From contig CANCXY010000001.1 in the NCBI GenBank assembly GCA_947381875.1, positions 1 through 55,905 on the forward strand: a stretch of DNA of 55,905 nucleotides. Direction: 5' to 3'. This DNA comes from an uncultured Clostridia bacterium. GTDB lineage: Bacteria; Bacillota; Clostridia; Oscillospirales; Ruminococcaceae. The position numbers and the translations under genes were made by a program. Below are positions 18,586 through 28,394 of this stretch, one piece after another. Numbering within the stretch: position 1 is the stretch's first letter; every line of letters starts with the position of its first letter. Below the pieces are notes generated by a model that saw nothing but the letters and a program-made list of their open reading frames with translations, was not told the DNA's origin and made no database searches.

Positions 18586-19395
18586 TCAATCACTCAACAA
18601 AATGCGGTCATTATCCAGCGCTTTCCCGGCGCTGGCACGGAACTGCGCTAACAGCGCTTCTACCGTCATGCCTGCGCGCTGTTCGCCCGAAAGCTCCAGC
18701 ACAATCCGCCCGCCGTCCATCATAATGGTGCGATTGCCCAGCGCAAGCGCGGAATGGATATTATGCGTGATCATCATGCAGGTGATGTGATTTTTTTCCA
18801 CAATGCTCTTTGTCAGCGCCAACACCTTTTCCGCCGTCGCGGGGTCCAGCGCGCCGGTGTGTTCATCCAACAGCAGCAGCTTTGGCGTTACAAGCGTCGC
18901 CATCAGCAGCGTGAGCGCCTGACGCTGCCCGCCTGACAGAAGTCCGACCGGGCTGTCCAGCCTATCCTCCAGCCCCAGTTCCAGCCCCGCCAGCCGCTCC
19001 CGGAAAAAGGCGCGGTCTTTCCTTGTAATCGTGCCAAACGGCGCGCGCGTGCGGGCCGTCCGCAGGTATGCAAGGGCCAGATTTTCCTCGATCGTCATAT
19101 GCGGCGCGGTGCCTTTAAGCGGGTCCTGGAACAGCCGCCCAATCTGTGTTGAACGTTTATATTCCGGTACAAACGTCATATCCTGCCCGTCGATCAACAC
19201 GCGCCCTTTATCCACATAGAACACGCCCGCGACTGCGTTAAACAGCGTCGACTTGCCCGCGCCGTTGCCGCCAATGATTGTGACGAAATCCCCTGGGGCC
19301 AGCGTCAGCGAGAGGTCCTCTACCGCCTTTTTCTCATTGATGGTGCCCGCGTCAAATGTTTTAGAAATCCCCCGCAGTTCCAGCATATCAGCCAT
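18586..19395 (-). CDS. ABC transporter ATP-binding protein (TrpZ-like, COG1101 type)
   Basis: GGNGAGKST, FQDPLKGTAP, LSGGQRQAL, LLLDEHT. Confidence 0.9.
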   Translation of the reverse strand: MADMLELRGISKTFDAGTINEKKAVEDLSLTLAPGDFVTIIGGNGAGKSTLFNAVAGVFYVDKGRVLIDGQDMTFVPEYKRSTQIGRLFQDPLKGTAPHMTIEENLALAYLRTARTRAPFGTITRKDRAFFRERLAGLELGLEDRLDSPVGLLSGGQRQALTLLMATLVTPKLLLLDEHTGALDPATAEKVLALTKSIVEKNHITCMMITHNIHSALALGNRTIMMDGGRIVLELSGEQRAGMTVEALLAQFRASAGKALDNDRILLSD

Positions 19396-20290
19396 TCTGT
19401 TTCGCCTCCCTGCGCTTTTTTGCAAAAAGGATCTTATCTCGGATGGCCGGATACGAAATAGCCGCGGCCACAATGATTGCCGAGAGCAGTTTCATATTTT
19501 TCGCGTCGATATGCGCCGCAATCGCCACGGCAATGATGATGCGGTACACCACCGCCCCCACCGACGCCGCCAGCACACCGCGCACCAGCGTATGCCTGCC
19601 GCCGCGCCCGAAAATCACCTCGCCAATGATAAGGCTCGCCAGCCCGATCACGACCATACCATTGCCCATTGTATTATCCGCGAATTTCTGGTACTGCGCC
19701 AGCAGCGCCCCTGAAAGCGCGACAACAGCATTGGAGAGGCACAGCCCCACCGTGACTGTAAACGTCGGGTTGATGCTCGACGCCGCCACCATATCGCGGT
19801 TATCGCCCGTGGCGCGCAGGGAAAGGCCAAGCTGCGTGCGCAGGAAAAGAACCAACAGCACGCACAGCACCGCTGTAATCGCCAGCGCCTGTGCTAAATT
19901 GCCCCACGCGCCCAGCGTATTCTGGGCCGCTGTAAAAATGGTATCCTCTTTCAGGAAGTTGACGTTCGGTTTCCCCATTACAATCAGGTTGACCGAATAC
20001 AGCGCCGTCATGGTGATGATACCCGCCAGGATGGGCTGCACGCGCAGGCGCGTTTGCAAAAGGGCCGTGACAAATCCGGCCAACGTACCAGCGACCACCG
20101 CCAGCACCAGGCCCAGAAGCGGCTGTCCGTTTACGGCAAATACCGCCGATACCGCCCCGCCCAGCGTAAAGGTCCCGTCCGTCGTCAGGTCGGCAATGTC
20201 CAGCGTGCGGAAGGAAATATACAATCCCAGCGCGACCAGGGCATAGATCAGCCCTTGCTCCACCGCGCCGCGCAAAACCAGCAGGCTCAT
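19388..20290 (-). CDS. ABC transporter permease (TrpY-like, COG4120 type)
   Basis: ADLTTDGTFTLGGAV, LRATGDN, GLASLIIGE; AGGAG RBS before ATG 20290. Confidence 0.9.
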   Translation of the reverse strand: MSLLVLRGAVEQGLIYALVALGLYISFRTLDIADLTTDGTFTLGGAVSAVFAVNGQPLLGLVLAVVAGTLAGFVTALLQTRLRVQPILAGIITMTALYSVNLIVMGKPNVNFLKEDTIFTAAQNTLGAWGNLAQALAITAVLCVLLVLFLRTQLGLSLRATGDNRDMVAASSINPTFTVTVGLCLSNAVVALSGALLAQYQKFADNTMGNGMVVIGLASLIIGEVIFGRGGRHTLVRGVLAASVGAVVYRIIIAVAIAAHIDAKNMKLLSAIIVAAAISYPAIRDKILFAKKRREAKQNG

Positions 20291-20381
20291 GAAATTTCTC
20301 CTTTTACCGGGAATATCCTGTTTTCCCATGTCCCCCGCTTTGCAGGAAACACACAATCGCTTTGCTCTGGATACTCCCCTT

Positions 20382-20735
20382 TTATTGATCCGCGAACTCT
20401 TTCAGCTCCGAGTTCTTGATGTACCTGCCCTGCGTGTCCCGCAAAAAGGGCAGCACCGCCGTCACGGCGTCGCGGTTCACAAGGCCGTAGATGTGCGGGT
20501 ATAATCTGCCGCAGTCGCCCCCGTCCTCATAGCGTACCTCAGCATGCAGCTTTGTTTCGTCGATACATACGATTACGAGTGCGGCGGATTCATTTTCAAA
20601 ATTCGGCGCGATGCGCCACCAGTATTCCGGCGAAGTACAGTGGATAAACCCGTCCGCCGCGATATTGCGGTGCCCCCACAGTTCCTTGTCTTTGCGCTGC
20701 TCCCATGTTGCCTGTCGCATACAGTGCAGAATCAT
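20382..20735 (-). CDS. DUF952 domain protein
   Basis: MILH, DGFIHCT, VRYEDG, YPHIYGLVNRDAV. Confidence 0.88.
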   Translation of the reverse strand: MILHCMRQATWEQRKDKELWGHRNIAADGFIHCTSPEYWWRIAPNFENESAALVIVCIDETKLHAEVRYEDGGDCGRLYPHIYGLVNRDAVTAVLPFLRDTQGRYIKNSELKEFADQ

Positions 20736-20823
20736 ACTATTTTTCCCTTTCCTGTTCGCGGCAGGGAAAACGTGCCATTCCCGCCTTTGTCCGGGCGGAA
20801 ATGGCACTATTTTCCCCCTTGCC

Positions 20824-21903
20824 TTATTTTGCGTATTTGCTCACATCCACGCCGATGGCCTCGGCTGTTTCCGTGTTCACCACAATGGCGTTGTCCTTCA
20901 ATACCTCCACAGGCACCTCGCTGACGGGCGTACCTGTCAGGATTTTCAGGGCCATATCGGCTGTTTGTGTGCCCAGGTTCGTGTAGTTGACACCTACGGT
21001 GGCCAGGCCGCCGTCGTTCACCAGGCTGTCTGCCGCCGTATACACGGGCTTCTTCGCGTTGATGGCCTCATTTGCCAGTACGCTCATGGCAGAGGCAACG
21101 GTATTGTCGATGGGCACAAACATTGCGTCACAGGAGGAGAGCAGCGACTGTGCGGCTGTCTGTACGTCGCCTGTGCTGGCAACGGTGGCCTCCGTATAGG
21201 TAAGGCCCTTGCTGTCCAGATATGCCTTTGTCTTTTCCATGACGGATACGCTGTTATCCTCGCCTGCGTTATAAATCAGGCCAAAGCTCTTGACATCGGG
21301 CGTCAGTTCCGACGCGAGGTCGAAAATCTTTTCTACAGGGATGTCGTCCGATGTGCCGGTGATATTGCCTTCGGGCGCGTCCATGTTTTCCACAAGGCCC
21401 GCCGCGATGGGATCGGTCACGGCGCTGAACACGATGGGGATATCCGTGCCCGCCGCCGCTGTGGCCGCGCCCTGGGCCGCCGGGGTGGCAATGGCGATAA
21501 TTGCGTCTACCTTATCGCCGACAAACTGCTGGCAGATGCTGTTGATCGTGCTGGGGTCGTTCTGGCCGCTCTTATAGTCGATAGCGATTTCCAGTCCGTT
21601 TTCAGCGGCTTTGGCGTTCAGCTCTGCTTCGATTGCCGTGCGGATTTCGTCCAGTGAGGGATGCTCCATCAACTGGATCAATCCGATCGTCACTTTCTTT
21701 GCCTCTGTGCTGTCGGGCTGGGAGGAAGAAGATGTGCTGTCGGCAGCCGGGGAGCTTTCGGAGGAAGATGACGTGCTGCCGGAACTGTCTGTCCCCGCGC
21801 TGGAGGACTGGGAGCTGGAGGACGCGCCGCCGCACGCGGTGAGCGCGCTCAGGAGGAACGCGGCGCAAAGGACGATGCTCAGGATTTTTTTCAGTTTCTT
21901 CAT
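20824..21903 (-). CDS. ABC substrate-binding lipoprotein (TrpX-like, COG2984 type) with Ser-rich linker
   Basis: Lipobox LTAC; QLMEHPSLD, IATPAAQ, SAVTDP, NITGTSD, PIDNTV. Confidence 0.92.
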   Translation of the reverse strand: MKKLKKILSIVLCAAFLLSALTACGGASSSSQSSSAGTDSSGSTSSSSESSPAADSTSSSSQPDSTEAKKVTIGLIQLMEHPSLDEIRTAIEAELNAKAAENGLEIAIDYKSGQNDPSTINSICQQFVGDKVDAIIAIATPAAQGAATAAAGTDIPIVFSAVTDPIAAGLVENMDAPEGNITGTSDDIPVEKIFDLASELTPDVKSFGLIYNAGEDNSVSVMEKTKAYLDSKGLTYTEATVASTGDVQTAAQSLLSSCDAMFVPIDNTVASAMSVLANEAINAKKPVYTAADSLVNDGGLATVGVNYTNLGTQTADMALKILTGTPVSEVPVEVLKDNAIVVNTETAEAIGVDVSKYAK

Positions 21904-22045
21904 GGTATGAAACCCCTTTCTATTATTCGGGCGGCGGGGCGTGCCCGCGCAGCCGGACGGCAAACCGGTTTACCATCCACAAGCCGCGTTAGCCTGCAGC
22001 GCCATTCCCGCCTGTGCGGTGCGCCTTTCCCATTCCGCGCCGCAC

Positions 22046-22319
22046 AAAAACGCCTGCCCTTGCTTTCTGCACAAGGACAGGCGTTGTAAACACAACAAAT
22101 ACCTGCGGTACCACCTTGATTGCCGCCCAAACCGGCGGCCCCCTCCGCGAAGATGCCAACACATCCTCTGCCCTATAACGCGAGCACGCGTCGGGAGCTA
22201 ATAGGCTTTCGCTGTTCACCCCGCCCTCGGCGGTCCATTTGCCGTCCCGCTTCCGGTCCCATTCTCAGCACCAGGGACTCTCTGCGCGTGCGCTTCCGGC
22301 TTTATCTCCGCTTCATCGG
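22046..22319 (-). ncRNA. T-box riboswitch, probable Trp (UGG) specifier
   Basis: AGAGAG..GGTGCTGAGA stem I motifs; specifier loop AAA-TGG-AC (codon at 22235-22237); T-box AAGGTGGTACCGC (22105-22117); terminator stem plus U-tract (22046-22084). Confidence 0.9.
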
Positions 22320-22329
22320 TTTGGCTATT

Positions 22330-22358
22330 ATTAAACACGATTTGCGCGAAAATGTCAA
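22330..22358 (-). promoter_or_regulatory. Sigma-A promoter of the T-box leader
   Basis: TTGACA-17 bp-TTTAAT. Confidence 0.75.
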
Positions 22359-22504
22359 GCCCTTTGTGCCTGTTTGGCAAGATTTTCAATAAAAACATCT
22401 ATTTCCCGCAAAACAGATTGCGCAAATTGGCCGTATCCGAGCCGCAGAGAGATTTCCGTGTATTCCTCCACCCATTTTCAGGGGGTTTTGCCCTATTAAA
22501 CGGG

Positions 22505-22610
22505 GCGCAACAATGAAATTGTTGCGTATGACGGGATTCCAAAGGGACTATGTCCCTTTGGCGGAGTCCAGAGGCAGCGCCTCTGGGCAGGTTTGGGCGG
22601 CAGCCCAACA
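22505..22610. repeat. Family A repeat, copy 6, overlapping the fumarase beta 3' end
   Basis: GCGCAACAAT-GAA-ATTGTTGCGT..GGGATTCCAAAGGGAC-TAT-GTCCCTTTGGCGGAGTCCAGAGGC-AGC-GCCTCTGG..TTGGGCGGCAGCCCAA. Confidence 0.9.
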
Positions 22611-23144
22611 GGCGGGGCCTGTCTGGTACAGGTCGGCCCCGGTGCTGTCGATGACGACAGTGAGGGGCATGTCGCGCACGACGAGTCGGCGCACGGCCTC
22701 GCTGCCGAGGTCCGGCCAGCAGATCAGCTCCGCGCTTTCTACGCAGGCGGCAATCAGAGCGCCCGCGCCGCCGGTGGCCCCGAAGTATACGGCGCCTGTC
22801 TCGCGCATGACCTCCACTACTTCTGCGCTGCGCGCGCCTTTGCCGATCATGCCGCGCAGGCCCAGGCGAAGCAGCGCGGGCGCGTAGGTGTCCATGCGTC
22901 CGCTTGTTGTGGGGCCGACAGAGCCGATGGGGGCGCCTTTGGGCGCGGGCGTGGGGCCGGCATAGTAAATCACCGCGTCTTCCATTTCAAACGGCAGAGG
23001 CTGGCCTGACGCTATTTGTTCGCACATCCTCTTGTGCGCGGCGTCGCGCGCAGTGTAAATAACACCGGAGAGCAGCACGGTGTCGCCGGCGCGCAGGATG
23101 GCCGCGTCCTCTTTTTTCAGCGGTGTGGAAAGGCGGTATTCCAT
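22548..23144 (-). CDS. Fe-S hydro-lyase (class I fumarase/tartrate dehydratase) beta subunit
   Basis: IYTARDAAHKR, YYAGPTP, GPTTSGRMD, MIGKG, DLGSEAV. Confidence 0.93.
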   Translation of the reverse strand: MEYRLSTPLKKEDAAILRAGDTVLLSGVIYTARDAAHKRMCEQIASGQPLPFEMEDAVIYYAGPTPAPKGAPIGSVGPTTSGRMDTYAPALLRLGLRGMIGKGARSAEVVEVMRETGAVYFGATGGAGALIAACVESAELICWPDLGSEAVRRLVVRDMPLTVVIDSTGADLYQTGPACWAAAQTCPEALPLDSAKGT

Positions 23145-23986
23145 TACAGCGTCACCTCCGCGTGGCGGGTGACGTGACAGCTTATGTTTACCGCCACGGG
23201 CAGGCCCGCAATATGGGTGGGATATGTTTCGATCTGCACACCGAGGGCCGTCGTTTTGCCGCCGAAGCCCTGCGGGCCTGTGCCAAGCGCGTTGATGCGA
23301 TTGAGCAGTTCCCGTTCTATGTCCGCATAATAAGGGTCCGGGTGGCGGCTGTCTACGGGGCGCAGAAGCGCCTGTTTCGCCAGCAGCGCGGCGCGGTCAA
23401 AGGTGCCCCCGATGCCCACGCCCACCACAATGGGCGGGCACGGGTTCGGCCCTGCGCGGCGCACGGTATCCACCACAAAATCCTTTACCCCCTCCGCGCC
23501 GTCACTGGGCTTGAGCATGGCGAGGCGGCTCATGTTCTCACTGCCAAAGCCTTTGGGGGCAAGTGTGATCTTCAACGCGCCGCCCGGCACAATGCGCACC
23601 GTCAGCACGGCGGGCGTGTTGTCGCCGGTGTTGACGCGGCGCAGCGGGTCGGCAACGACCGATTTCCGCAGAAGCCCCTCCGTATAACCGCGCCGCACGC
23701 CCTCATTTACAGCGTCCTCCAATGCGCCGCCTGTGATATGTATTTCCTGCCCCAACTCCAAAAACACGCACGCCATGCCTGTGTCCTGGCAGATTGGCAG
23801 GCCCGTCTCTCGCGCAGCGTCCAGGTTCCGGCAGAGCGTACCAAGCGTTGCCTTTGCCAGCGGCCACGGCTCGGTATCGGCGGCGGCGCGCACCGCCCGC
23901 TCCATATCGGGTGGCAGCGTGCGGTTCGCCTCTGCGCACAGCGCTGCCACCGCGTTGGCGATTTTGTCGGCATGCACTTCCCTCAC
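23144..23986 (-). CDS. Fe-S hydro-lyase (class I fumarase) alpha subunit
   Basis: PICQDTG, NTGDNTPAV, PKGFGSENMS, GPNPCPP, PTHIAGLPVAVNISCH. Confidence 0.93.
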   Translation of the reverse strand: MREVHADKIANAVAALCAEANRTLPPDMERAVRAAADTEPWPLAKATLGTLCRNLDAARETGLPICQDTGMACVFLELGQEIHITGGALEDAVNEGVRRGYTEGLLRKSVVADPLRRVNTGDNTPAVLTVRIVPGGALKITLAPKGFGSENMSRLAMLKPSDGAEGVKDFVVDTVRRAGPNPCPPIVVGVGIGGTFDRAALLAKQALLRPVDSRHPDPYYADIERELLNRINALGTGPQGFGGKTTALGVQIETYPTHIAGLPVAVNISCHVTRHAEVTL

Positions 23987-25158
23987 AGCCGCGCCACCCC
24001 GCTTTCACGCGCGGCCTTTGCCACCGCCGCCGCCACCGCTTCGGCTACACGCGGGTCGAATACGCCAGGGATGATATATTCCTCCGTCCGCTCCGCGTCG
24101 CTGACAAGCCCCGCGATGGCATCAGCGGCGGCCAACTTCATCGCGTCGTTGATATCGCGCGCGCGCACCGACAGCGCCCCCCTGAATACGCCTGGGAACG
24201 CCAGCACGTTGTTAATCTGGTTCGGGTAGTCGCTGCGCCCGGTGCCAATCACGCGCACCCCCGCCGCCTTCGCCGCTTCGGGTGTAATCTCCGGCGTGGG
24301 ATTTGCCATGGCAAATACAATCGCATCCTTCGCCATGCCGCGCGCCAGTTCCGGCGTCAGCGCGCCGCCCACCGATACGCCGATGAACACGTCCGCGCCC
24401 GGCAGCGCGTCGGCGAGCGTGCCGCGCAAGTCGTCCCAGTTCGTGATATCACACAGCATTTTCTTGTGGTCGGCAATGCCGACGCCGCGCGTCTTATACA
24501 AGATCCCGTTTTCATCACACGCGATGATGTCCCGCGCACCGGCAACACGCAGCATTTTGATGATGGCCGTACCCGCCGCCCCCGGCCCGTTCACGACAAT
24601 GCGGATGCTGCCAATCTCCTTGCCGACCAGCCGCAGCGCGCTGAGCAGGGCTGCCGTCACCACAATGGCCGTGCCGTGCTGGTCGTCGTGGAAAACAGGG
24701 ATATCTAATTCCCGTTCCAGCCTCTCCTCAATGGCGAAACACGCGGGCGAAGCAATATCTTCTAAATTCACGCCGCCGAACGTGGGGGCCATCAGGCGCA
24801 CGGCCTCTATGAGCTTTTCGGGGTCTTTTGTGTCCAGGCAGATGGGGAACGCATCCACGCCGCCAAATTCCTTGAACAGCAGCGCCTTCCCCTCCATCAC
24901 GGGCATGGCCGCCGCCGCGCCGATATCGCCCAGTCCCAGTACCGCCGTCCCGTTGGTGACGACAGCCACCAGGTTCCCTTTGGCCGTATAAGTATACGCC
25001 GCCGCCGCGTCCTTTGCAATCTCGCGGCACGGCTCAGCCACGCCGGGTGTGTATGCAGTGGAAAGGTCGTCCCGCGTTTTCACAGGCATTTTCCCCACGA
25101 CGGCCAATTTTCCCCGGTTTTCCGCGTGCAGACGCAGCGCCTCTTTGTAATAATCCAT
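23983..25158 (-). CDS. NAD(P)-dependent malic enzyme
   Basis: AYTPGVAEPC, PVMEGKALLFK, NLEDI, FHDDQHGT, TGRSDYPNQINN; start at ATG 25158. Confidence 0.95.
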   Translation of the reverse strand: MDYYKEALRLHAENRGKLAVVGKMPVKTRDDLSTAYTPGVAEPCREIAKDAAAAYTYTAKGNLVAVVTNGTAVLGLGDIGAAAAMPVMEGKALLFKEFGGVDAFPICLDTKDPEKLIEAVRLMAPTFGGVNLEDIASPACFAIEERLERELDIPVFHDDQHGTAIVVTAALLSALRLVGKEIGSIRIVVNGPGAAGTAIIKMLRVAGARDIIACDENGILYKTRGVGIADHKKMLCDITNWDDLRGTLADALPGADVFIGVSVGGALTPELARGMAKDAIVFAMANPTPEITPEAAKAAGVRVIGTGRSDYPNQINNVLAFPGVFRGALSVRARDINDAMKLAAADAIAGLVSDAERTEEYIIPGVFDPRVAEAVAAAVAKAARESGVARL

Positions 25159-25242
25159 GCCTTGTTTCCCCTTTCTTGATTCTGTTTTTGGCATCACTTA
25201 AAAATGAATGAAATTTTCCCATCCTGCCCCGGCCTCTGGTTG

Positions 25243-25275
25243 GTGTTTCCCCCGCCCGGAGGGCGGGGGAAACAC
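25243..25275. repeat. Family B short palindrome
   Basis: GTGTTTCCCCCGCCC-GGA-GGGCGGGGGAAACAC, 15-bp perfect stem. Confidence 0.8.
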
Positions 25276-25376
25276 GGAAAAATCATGCGCGTTTTCAAGA
25301 TGTTTTACTATATCAACACTCAAAAACAAATAAAAATTCCCATCCTCTCCCTTTTTTGTTCGGGAGAGAATAACCG

Positions 25377-25420
25377 AAAAGGCGCTGTACTCGCGGAGAA
25401 CCGCTTATACAGCGCCTTTT
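25377..25420 (-). terminator. Terminator at the end of the flagellar/che cluster
   Basis: AAAAGGCGCTGTA ... TACAGCGCCTTTT. Confidence 0.7.
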
Positions 25421-25481
25421 AATCCGTTTGCAGCATGTTTTTCAAAACAGTCTCTTTCCCCATCCTGCCCGCGCCGCGTCT

Positions 25482-25967
25482 TTACAGCATCCATTCACCC
25501 TTTGTGGCTGATTGGATACGCATCGTACCGGTATCCGTATGGAAATACAGGGTACGCCCAAAATTCTTGCCCGTGTCGTCCGCAATGACAGGGATGCCCA
25601 GGCTGCGCAAAGCCTGGCGTACTGCCTGCACATTTCTTTGCCCGATATGGGACAGGGAGGCGTTGTTGGTGGCGGCAAACATCTGCGCCCCGCCGGCGAT
25701 CTTCGCTTTGATAAACGCGCGTTTTGCCCCCATCGACTCCATCCGGCGCAAAAGCAACGGGATAGCGCTGTCGGCAAAGCGGTAGGGGGTAGTCAGGGGG
25801 GACTGTGCGGAGCTGTCCGGCAGAAGGATGTGGGAAAGCCCGCCTAATTTGATGCGGGAATCGTACAGGCAGATGCCCACGCAGGAACCCAGTGCAAATG
25901 TTACCAGGATATCGGGCGCGCGCGCAATATTCTGATCCGATATCCCTACTTTGATCGTATTGCTCAC
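25482..25967 (-). CDS. cheD: Chemoreceptor glutamine deamidase
   Basis: TFALGSCVGICLYD, HILLP, KIAGGAQMF, DTGKNFGRT; GTG start 25967. Confidence 0.95.
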   Translation of the reverse strand: MSNTIKVGISDQNIARAPDILVTFALGSCVGICLYDSRIKLGGLSHILLPDSSAQSPLTTPYRFADSAIPLLLRRMESMGAKRAFIKAKIAGGAQMFAATNNASLSHIGQRNVQAVRQALRSLGIPVIADDTGKNFGRTLYFHTDTGTMRIQSATKGEWML

Positions 25968-25968
25968 A

Positions 25969-26589
25969 TTACTCGATCCCCAATGCATTCATAATTTTCT
26001 CTAATGAATCTACGTCTGGAAGCATTAAAATGTGGTTGGAGGCCGTGGCTTGCGCGCCCTTCATGTCGTTTTCGATCCAGATCACCTTGTCGCTCATATT
26101 GGCGTAATGAATGGCGGGTACGCTCAAAATCGCGCCCAGCATATCAATCGTCATAGAGGGCACGCTCAATTCAATGCGCATATTCGTCATGGAAGCAATC
26201 GCGTTGATATACGACGCCGCCATGATATTGCCCACTTCCTCCAGCGCGGAGTGCCCTGTTTCATCTATCTCCTGGAAGCTGGAAATACCCTGCCCCAGCA
26301 GTGCGTTCAGCGTCATATGGGCGAAGTCCTTTTCCAGCAGAAACATGATCATCCCCTGGATATCCCCTTCAAAGGAAATCAGCATGCCCACAATCATCAC
26401 TTCAGGGCCGCCCATCTTCTCCATCGCGGTTTCATAGTCCACAATGCTTACCACGGGAACAGAGATCTCAATGGGCGTCATCAGCATATCGGCAAGGGCT
26501 GTCGCCGCGTTGCCCGCGCCAACATTCCCCAGCTCTTTCATTACGTCAAGCTGGATCTCGTTCAGGTCGGTATAATTCTGTATGGCCAT
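25969..26589 (-). CDS. cheC: CheY-P phosphatase
   Basis: DVMKELGNVGAGNAATAL and SALEEVGNIMAASY repeats. Confidence 0.95.
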   Translation of the reverse strand: MAIQNYTDLNEIQLDVMKELGNVGAGNAATALADMLMTPIEISVPVVSIVDYETAMEKMGGPEVMIVGMLISFEGDIQGMIMFLLEKDFAHMTLNALLGQGISSFQEIDETGHSALEEVGNIMAASYINAIASMTNMRIELSVPSMTIDMLGAILSVPAIHYANMSDKVIWIENDMKGAQATASNHILMLPDVDSLEKIMNALGIE

Positions 26590-26604
26590 AATTCCCCTCT
26601 ATCC

Positions 26605-27456
26605 TTATCGTAAGTTATTGACAATCTCCTCCATCTCATCCGCCGTACTCACTACGCGTGCGCTGAGCTGGTAGGCGCGCTGCATAATGATCATATTTGT
26701 CATCTCGTCCGCCATAATCGCGCCGGACGCTTCTAACGCCTGCGCGCGCACAAGGCCCTCCCGCCACACGGGCGTAGCCTCGCCGGATGTCTCTGTCTGC
26801 CGGAACGACGCGGTGCTGAGGCGCTCCAGGCCATAGGGGTTGTCGAATCGGAACACGCCGATGCGCTCCGCGAGATGGTCCAGGTCGAGTGTGCCGTCCT
26901 CATTGCGGGGGATCTGGATGCGCTGTCCCTCGCTTGTCAGCACATAGCGGCCCTGGCTGTCCACGAGGAACGCGAGCATTTCCGTTTCCTCTACCTCGGT
27001 GTCTTCCTCCTCCCCTTCTTCGACAGGGGGAGCTTCCAAACCGACATCAAACACACCGGCGCGCGTATACACACGCTCCATTTCCACTTCCGGGAACGTG
27101 GCCGTCACCTCGCCGTTCTCATCCTCTCCCTCGATCGGCTCGCCGCTGCCATAGGCCACAACGGGCTGTTCCACGGCGAAAAAGCCGTCGTCCATGATCA
27201 TGAAATCCAATTTCATCCCGGTATTCTGCATGGAGCTTTGGCGATAGAGCAGGTCGGCCTTGCCCATCTTTACGCCGTGCCCGCGCAGCGGCTGTACCTC
27301 GTTGGTATACATCTCCGACGTGAGCAGGCTGTGGAATTCCGGCCTTGTGGCCTTATAGCCTGTGGTATTGACATTGGCGATATTGTGCGCGACCTGCTCC
27401 ATCCCGTTTTGATACGCGATCAGCCCGGACGCGCCGTTATAAAAGGAAATATTCAT
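26605..27456 (-). CDS. flgG: Flagellar basal-body rod protein (FlgG/FlhP type)
   Basis: AHNIANVNTTGYK, DGFFAVE, YTRAG, MIIMQRAYQLSARVVSTADEM. Confidence 0.85.
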   Translation of the reverse strand: MNISFYNGASGLIAYQNGMEQVAHNIANVNTTGYKATRPEFHSLLTSEMYTNEVQPLRGHGVKMGKADLLYRQSSMQNTGMKLDFMIMDDGFFAVEQPVVAYGSGEPIEGEDENGEVTATFPEVEMERVYTRAGVFDVGLEAPPVEEGEEEDTEVEETEMLAFLVDSQGRYVLTSEGQRIQIPRNEDGTLDLDHLAERIGVFRFDNPYGLERLSTASFRQTETSGEATPVWREGLVRAQALEASGAIMADEMTNMIIMQRAYQLSARVVSTADEMEEIVNNLR

Positions 27457-27484
27457 AGTTTTTCAGCCTCTCCTTCCATCCCGC

Positions 27485-28303
27485 TTACGACAGGGCGGCG
27501 ATCTGCTGCGCGGCCTGCTGGTTGACCCTGTCTAAAATCTGCAGCGCCGTGCTGCACGCCTGGAACGCGCGCTGCGCCTCCATCACAAGGGTATATTCCC
27601 GGTTCATATCAACATTGGAGCGCTCCAACTGTCCCTGGAACAGTTCGGCCTGCTCTGCCTGCGCGCCCTCGGCCCCTTCAGCAAGCTGGAACAGCGAGTT
27701 CCCCACACGCTCCAACTCCTCCCCTTCGCCGGGGACGATCAGGTCGATGGTATCCAGATACTGGCCGTTCTCAGCATACACCGCGCCGTTCGCGTCGATC
27801 GTAATGGTAGAGCGCGCCACCATCAGATCGCCCGTGCGCCCTTGCACACGGCCCACGCCACGCAGGACAAGGTATCCTTCCTCGTCAATATCGAAATTGC
27901 CGTTGCGTGTTAAGTAATACTGGCCGTCCTCCAAGAGGGCATCGTCAGCGTCATCCGCATTGGTGGCGTCTCCGTCCGCGTCGTCCACATTAACATTGGT
28001 GGCGCGGATACGGAAAAAGCCTTCGCCGTTAATCGCGACATCCAGCGCGCGTTCCGTCTGCACCAGCGAGTCACTGTCAAAGCGCGTCGGCACTTCCGAT
28101 ATGACGCTGATGGGGACCGATTTGCCAATGACCTCCGCTTTCCGATTCTCCACGCGCAAAAGCTGTTCCTCAAACGTCGTGCCCACAAGGCGCGTCGCCT
28201 TATAGCCCGGCGTGTTGGCGTTTACCATATTGTTCGACAGCACGTCGATGGCGCGCTCCTGCATCAAAACGCCGGAAGCGATCGTATAAAAACCCTGATA
28301 CAT
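27485..28303 (-). CDS. flgF: Flagellar basal-body rod protein (FlgF/FlhO type)
   Basis: SNNMVNANTPGYK, DVAINGEGFF, TRNGNF, LERSNVD. Confidence 0.8.
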   Translation of the reverse strand: MYQGFYTIASGVLMQERAIDVLSNNMVNANTPGYKATRLVGTTFEEQLLRVENRKAEVIGKSVPISVISEVPTRFDSDSLVQTERALDVAINGEGFFRIRATNVNVDDADGDATNADDADDALLEDGQYYLTRNGNFDIDEEGYLVLRGVGRVQGRTGDLMVARSTITIDANGAVYAENGQYLDTIDLIVPGEGEELERVGNSLFQLAEGAEGAQAEQAELFQGQLERSNVDMNREYTLVMEAQRAFQACSTALQILDRVNQQAAQQIAALS

Positions 28304-28355
28304 GGTGTCTCATCCTTTCCGTTTTGGCGATAGCGTTTGCGGATGCCGCAAGAAC

Positions 28356-28384
28356 ATTGTATACCAATTTGGTGTTGCGGTCAA
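28356..28384 (-). promoter_or_regulatory. Internal sigma-A promoter for flgF-flgG-cheC-cheD
   Basis: TTGACC-17 bp-TACAAT. Confidence 0.65.
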
Positions 28385-28394
28385 GACCTTTTGT

